The notes beneath the pieces were generated by a model. That model saw nothing but the letters and a program-made list of their open reading frames with translations, made no database searches and was not told the DNA's origin. A DNA stretch of 62,835 bases, filler included, from Globobulimina sp. (Eukaryota): assembly GCA_003354225.1 (NCBI GenBank). It is 33 parts of 33 records of this genome, joined end to end, with 100 filler letters (N's around TTAATTAATTAA, not from the genome) between each part and the next. Parts side by side here need not be neighbours in the genome. Positions count along the whole stretch, not along the records: positions 59,124 to 60,929 come from PIVH01011732.1; positions 61,030 to 62,835 come from PIVH01011733.1; 31 more parts are not named here. One strand, given 5' to 3'. This document shows, one piece after another, positions 59,626 through 62,835 of this stretch; positions within the stretch are counted from its first letter, which is position 1, and every line of letters begins with the position of its first letter. A program made the translations under genes and the position numbers.

Positions 59626-60732
59626 TATATTTGTTGTGTCTGTGGTTGTGTGTGCAAAGATGCGGTGGAATTAACATGTAAAGTGGAACATGAATATGAT
59701 CAAATTCAGTTATATTGTGAGCAATGTTTATTGTCAGCAATATCGGCAAATAATACAAATTGTCATATCAATAATCATGAAAATCCTGAATATTCTGCAT
59801 CTCGAAGAATGCGTGGAAAAATACTGAAAGCAAATGTATTATGCCCAAATTCTTTGCTTTATCAACAACAAAAAAGAAAAGCTAAGATAGCGCATGGAAA
59901 TGATGCGCATGTAATGGATACTAATGATCACAAAGAAGGAATAGATAATAATCGTAATGTCGGATGTTCATTTAAAGGTTTTTTATCTGATTTGATAAAT
60001 CATGTTACAAAATGTAGCGAATCCAATTTAAATTCACCAGAAATGCAGTCCGAATTCATAAAATTGTTGAAAACGGATGTGAATGATTTGAAAAAACAAA
60101 TTAAAGAAATACAAAATGTGGTTGTAGTACAAAGCAATATGATAAAGGAATTACAGAAACAAAATGTGCGACAGAATGAAAGAATAAATCAATTGGAAGA
60201 GGAAGAAAAACAAAGGTTTAATGATTCGGATAAATGGGATGTAAATAATGTAAGTAAACAAATTGTAGTGAATGGAAACAGCATTAAACATACAAGTGAT
60301 GGCGATAAAACTGCTAATTTATCGAATGTGGTGTCGCAAGGAATACATATTTGGAAATTCAAAGTTATTCAATGTGGTGTTCATTCCAATTTGGTGGGAA
60401 TTTGGAAAACAACATCCGGTGCTCCCATAAAAGAATCTTATTTTACTAACAAAAACACAAATGGTTATGGATATTGGTTCAGTCAGGGATTATTAACAAA
60501 TGCTTCGGGCAATGATATTGGTCATCCATTCGCAGGGAAATATGGTATAAAATGTAAAGGAAATGATGTCATAGAAATGAAGCTAGATTTTGATGCATTA
60601 TGTCTATCATTCAAAGTGAATGAGAAATGTTTTGGCAAAGCATTTGACATTGAAAGAACGTCTTATAGAGCCGCTGTTAATTTCCGTTGGAAAGGTGATG
60701 CATTAACATTGATATCATATAATGTATTGTGA
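59620..60732 (+). CDS. RING/TRAF-like zinc finger + coiled coil + SPRY-like protein
   Basis: CCVC..KDAVEL..YCEQC, GCSFKG..H..KC; GIHIWKFK..VGIWK..DVIEMKLD..LSFKVN..YRAAV. Confidence 0.7.
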   Translation: MDYICCVCGCVCKDAVELTCKVEHEYDQIQLYCEQCLLSAISANNTNCHINNHENPEYSASRRMRGKILKANVLCPNSLLYQQQKRKAKIAHGNDAHVMDTNDHKEGIDNNRNVGCSFKGFLSDLINHVTKCSESNLNSPEMQSEFIKLLKTDVNDLKKQIKEIQNVVVVQSNMIKELQKQNVRQNERINQLEEEEKQRFNDSDKWDVNNVSKQIVVNGNSIKHTSDGDKTANLSNVVSQGIHIWKFKVIQCGVHSNLVGIWKTTSGAPIKESYFTNKNTNGYGYWFSQGLLTNASGNDIGHPFAGKYGIKCKGNDVIEMKLDFDALCLSFKVNEKCFGKAFDIERTSYRAAVNFRWKGDALTLISYNVL

Positions 60733-60739
60733 TATAATA

Positions 60740-60929
60740 AGCCGTTGAAGAAAAATTTCAGTAAAAACATTGAATTTATCGAATAATTCTCAAACATTGT
60801 TTGCACCGCTTTCTCTCGCTCACTCTTTTCGTGTTCGCCTACGCCTTCGGTCAATAATATGTTAATATTGGACATATTCCTGTGGATACCCAATTTGTTA
60901 AAGAATGTATAGTCCCAGAGTTTTTCCAA
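60740..60929 (-). CDS. Actin/ARP-like fragment
   Basis: EKLWDYTF..ILLTE..EREKAVQTMFE. Confidence 0.6.
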
Positions 60930-61817
60930 NNNNNNNNNNNNNNNNNNNNNNNNNNNNNNNNNNNNNNNNNNNNTTAATTAATTAANNNNNNNNNNNNNNN
61001 NNNNNNNNNNNNNNNNNNNNNNNNNNNNNTAATGCAATATAATTTTGATTTGACTTTACAATTATTGACTGTTGCAATGTCGTATGACATTTCTTGCCAT
61101 TTATCAGAATCTTTCATTGAATTTAAGATTATAAAATCTGTATTTAAATTGGTTCATCATTACAATAAAGATGGCGAAAAATATCGCAAACAATTTCTCG
61201 AAGCTCAACTTATCTTTGTACAAGTTAATGAGTTATAAATATATAAATATTTATTGTATTTTAATATGTTGTTTAATAGAATTATAGTCCCGATAAGTTT
61301 GATCCTGTTCCCAGTGAATATGAGATTGAGCAGTTATTTATTGATTTGTTGGAAATAAATGATAAAAGTTATAGATCATGGTTGGATATCATTGTATGTT
61401 ATCAATCGATGAAAAACCGGTTCAATGTAAAGCCATCCCAAAAAATACAAAAATATTTCCTTAATTCTTCAATAAAATTCTGGCAACACGCTGTGCATCA
61501 AAAACATCTGCATTCGTGGGTATGTAATGTATGTATGTATTGAAAATATGTCCAATATCAATCGTGTGATTTTTAGATTGCTGTGATTAGCCAGGAAATA
61601 GATTCTTGGGACACATCTCAATTTATGCCTGATCAGTTGAAGAAGATTCAGATTTTGAAAGCATTTGCAAACGGAGTTCAAAATAAACAGAAATGACAAC
61701 CAGAAAATATGTATTTAATATACTGTATACTAAAAAAGTGTTATTAACTTAATTATCCCCTTGTTTACAATCGACAAATAAACGTTTTTCAAAAACAATC
61801 GAAAATTAAATGTAAGT

Positions 61818-62835
61818 ATGAGCACCACTCATTTAATTCATGAGGAAACATCCAGAATAGGATGCGCACATATTGGCGATCATCATGACCTATGGTTTCA
61901 ATGCACTGTGCGAAGTTGTTATGTTTGGCATTGTGTATATGATATTGTCAATCGGTTTGGATTAATTGGTGATGATGATCCCGAAATTGAAGAATTACGT
62001 GTATCAGATACTAAATTCAAATGTATCGCGCATGGATTTGAAAGAATGGCAATTGGAGATAAAAAAGTTTCTGATAATGCAGCATCAAACAGAAGAAAGA
62101 ATAAATACAATAATGATAGTAAACCAAGGTTGCGTTGGACGGCGAAAGAAAAATCATTATTTATTGAGGGATTGGAATTACATGGCAGGGATTGGGAGGC
62201 ATTAACAAAACATATAGGTACTCGCAGGAAAGCATTAGTTACAAGTCATGCACAGCGATATTTTTTATGCTTATTGAAAAATAAACAAAAATTACCGTTA
62301 AAAGTGTTAGAAAGCGGAAGTGGATACACATTATCTGGTAACCTTTAAATAAATATTCCGCATCGGCAATTCAGCGCTTTGGCTCTGCTAAAAATGTTCC
62401 TGACTGCGACGGGGTTATATCTGATGAAGAAGCTGCTGAAAAGAATAAAAAAAATAAAAACAAAAATTATTCCAATATACACAATTATTCCAATCTACAG
62501 AATGGTTACAACCACATTACAGCCATTGATTTCCATTCATTATATTTATCAAAACAAAGTATTTTATCATTGCACGTATCGCATTTAATTGATCATAAAG
62601 GAATGGATGGTAAATGGTGTGGAGCAAAGATTAAAATGGTAAATAAAGATTATATTATTGTTGAATATTTACAATCAAAACACATACAAACTATAGAGGT
62701 AAATGATGGCAATTTACAAGAGAAATTTGCTGCATTTAAAGCAGTTTCAACTCGGCCAAATATGAAACATAAATATCAAGCATTTCCAGTGGGCTATCAA
62801 GGGATTGCTGTGAATGGGAAACAATGTAAAGTTAT
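61818..62835 (+). CDS. SHAQKYF-type Myb/SANT protein with a frameshift near 62341, continuing into a Tudor/Agenet-like region
   Basis: RWTAKEKSLFIEGLELHGRDW..IGTR..SHAQRYF..GYTLSG; another frame continues PLNKYSASA..IDHKGMDGKWCGAKI. Confidence 0.7.

Noticed and set aside
1809-61029. Regularly spaced TTAATTAATTAA palindromes as a biological repeat or array
   Set aside because: Always flanked by 44 Ns on each side; an artificial six-frame-stop linker

Overview
This window is not one locus. It is a concatenation of about 33 unrelated contigs of about 1.8 kb, joined by an artificial 100-bp linker (44 N + TTAATTAATTAA + 44 N), so adjacency across linkers has no biological meaning. Most contigs are AT-rich eukaryotic DNA with short GT-AG introns and the standard code. 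A retarian-type alpha-tubulin remnant and the Kelch, MATH, TLDc, SPRY and 7TM-RGS families suggest a foraminiferan (inference). Several contigs look chimeric, as in whole-genome-amplified single cells: one fuses a PP1 gene to a Bacteroidota-like ybeY-parS-mnmG segment, and a few contigs may come from co-sampled animals. Recognisable genes include PP1, ARL2, PA28, a kinesin, dynein-2 heavy chain, a TBC GAP, UQCC1/Cbp3, a NO66-like JmjC, a DHHC enzyme, two PhyH-like paralogs, a multi-CAP protein, partial SRP RNA, a tRNA-Leu-like fragment, several LINE fragments and an intron-containing Polinton-like polymerase. The most striking signal is a set of sensor-RGS fusions: (i) a complete five-exon, N-acylated globin-RGS gene, and (ii) a voltage-sensor/ion-channel-like membrane module, of the kind found in protist channel-adenylyl cyclases, fused to RGS instead of a cyclase. 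With a 7TM-RGS and a G-alpha fragment, these suggest G-protein signalling controlled by gas- and voltage-sensing GAPs. An ORF-less 1689-bp circular or tandem unit carrying a roughly 215-nt structured element is also notable.
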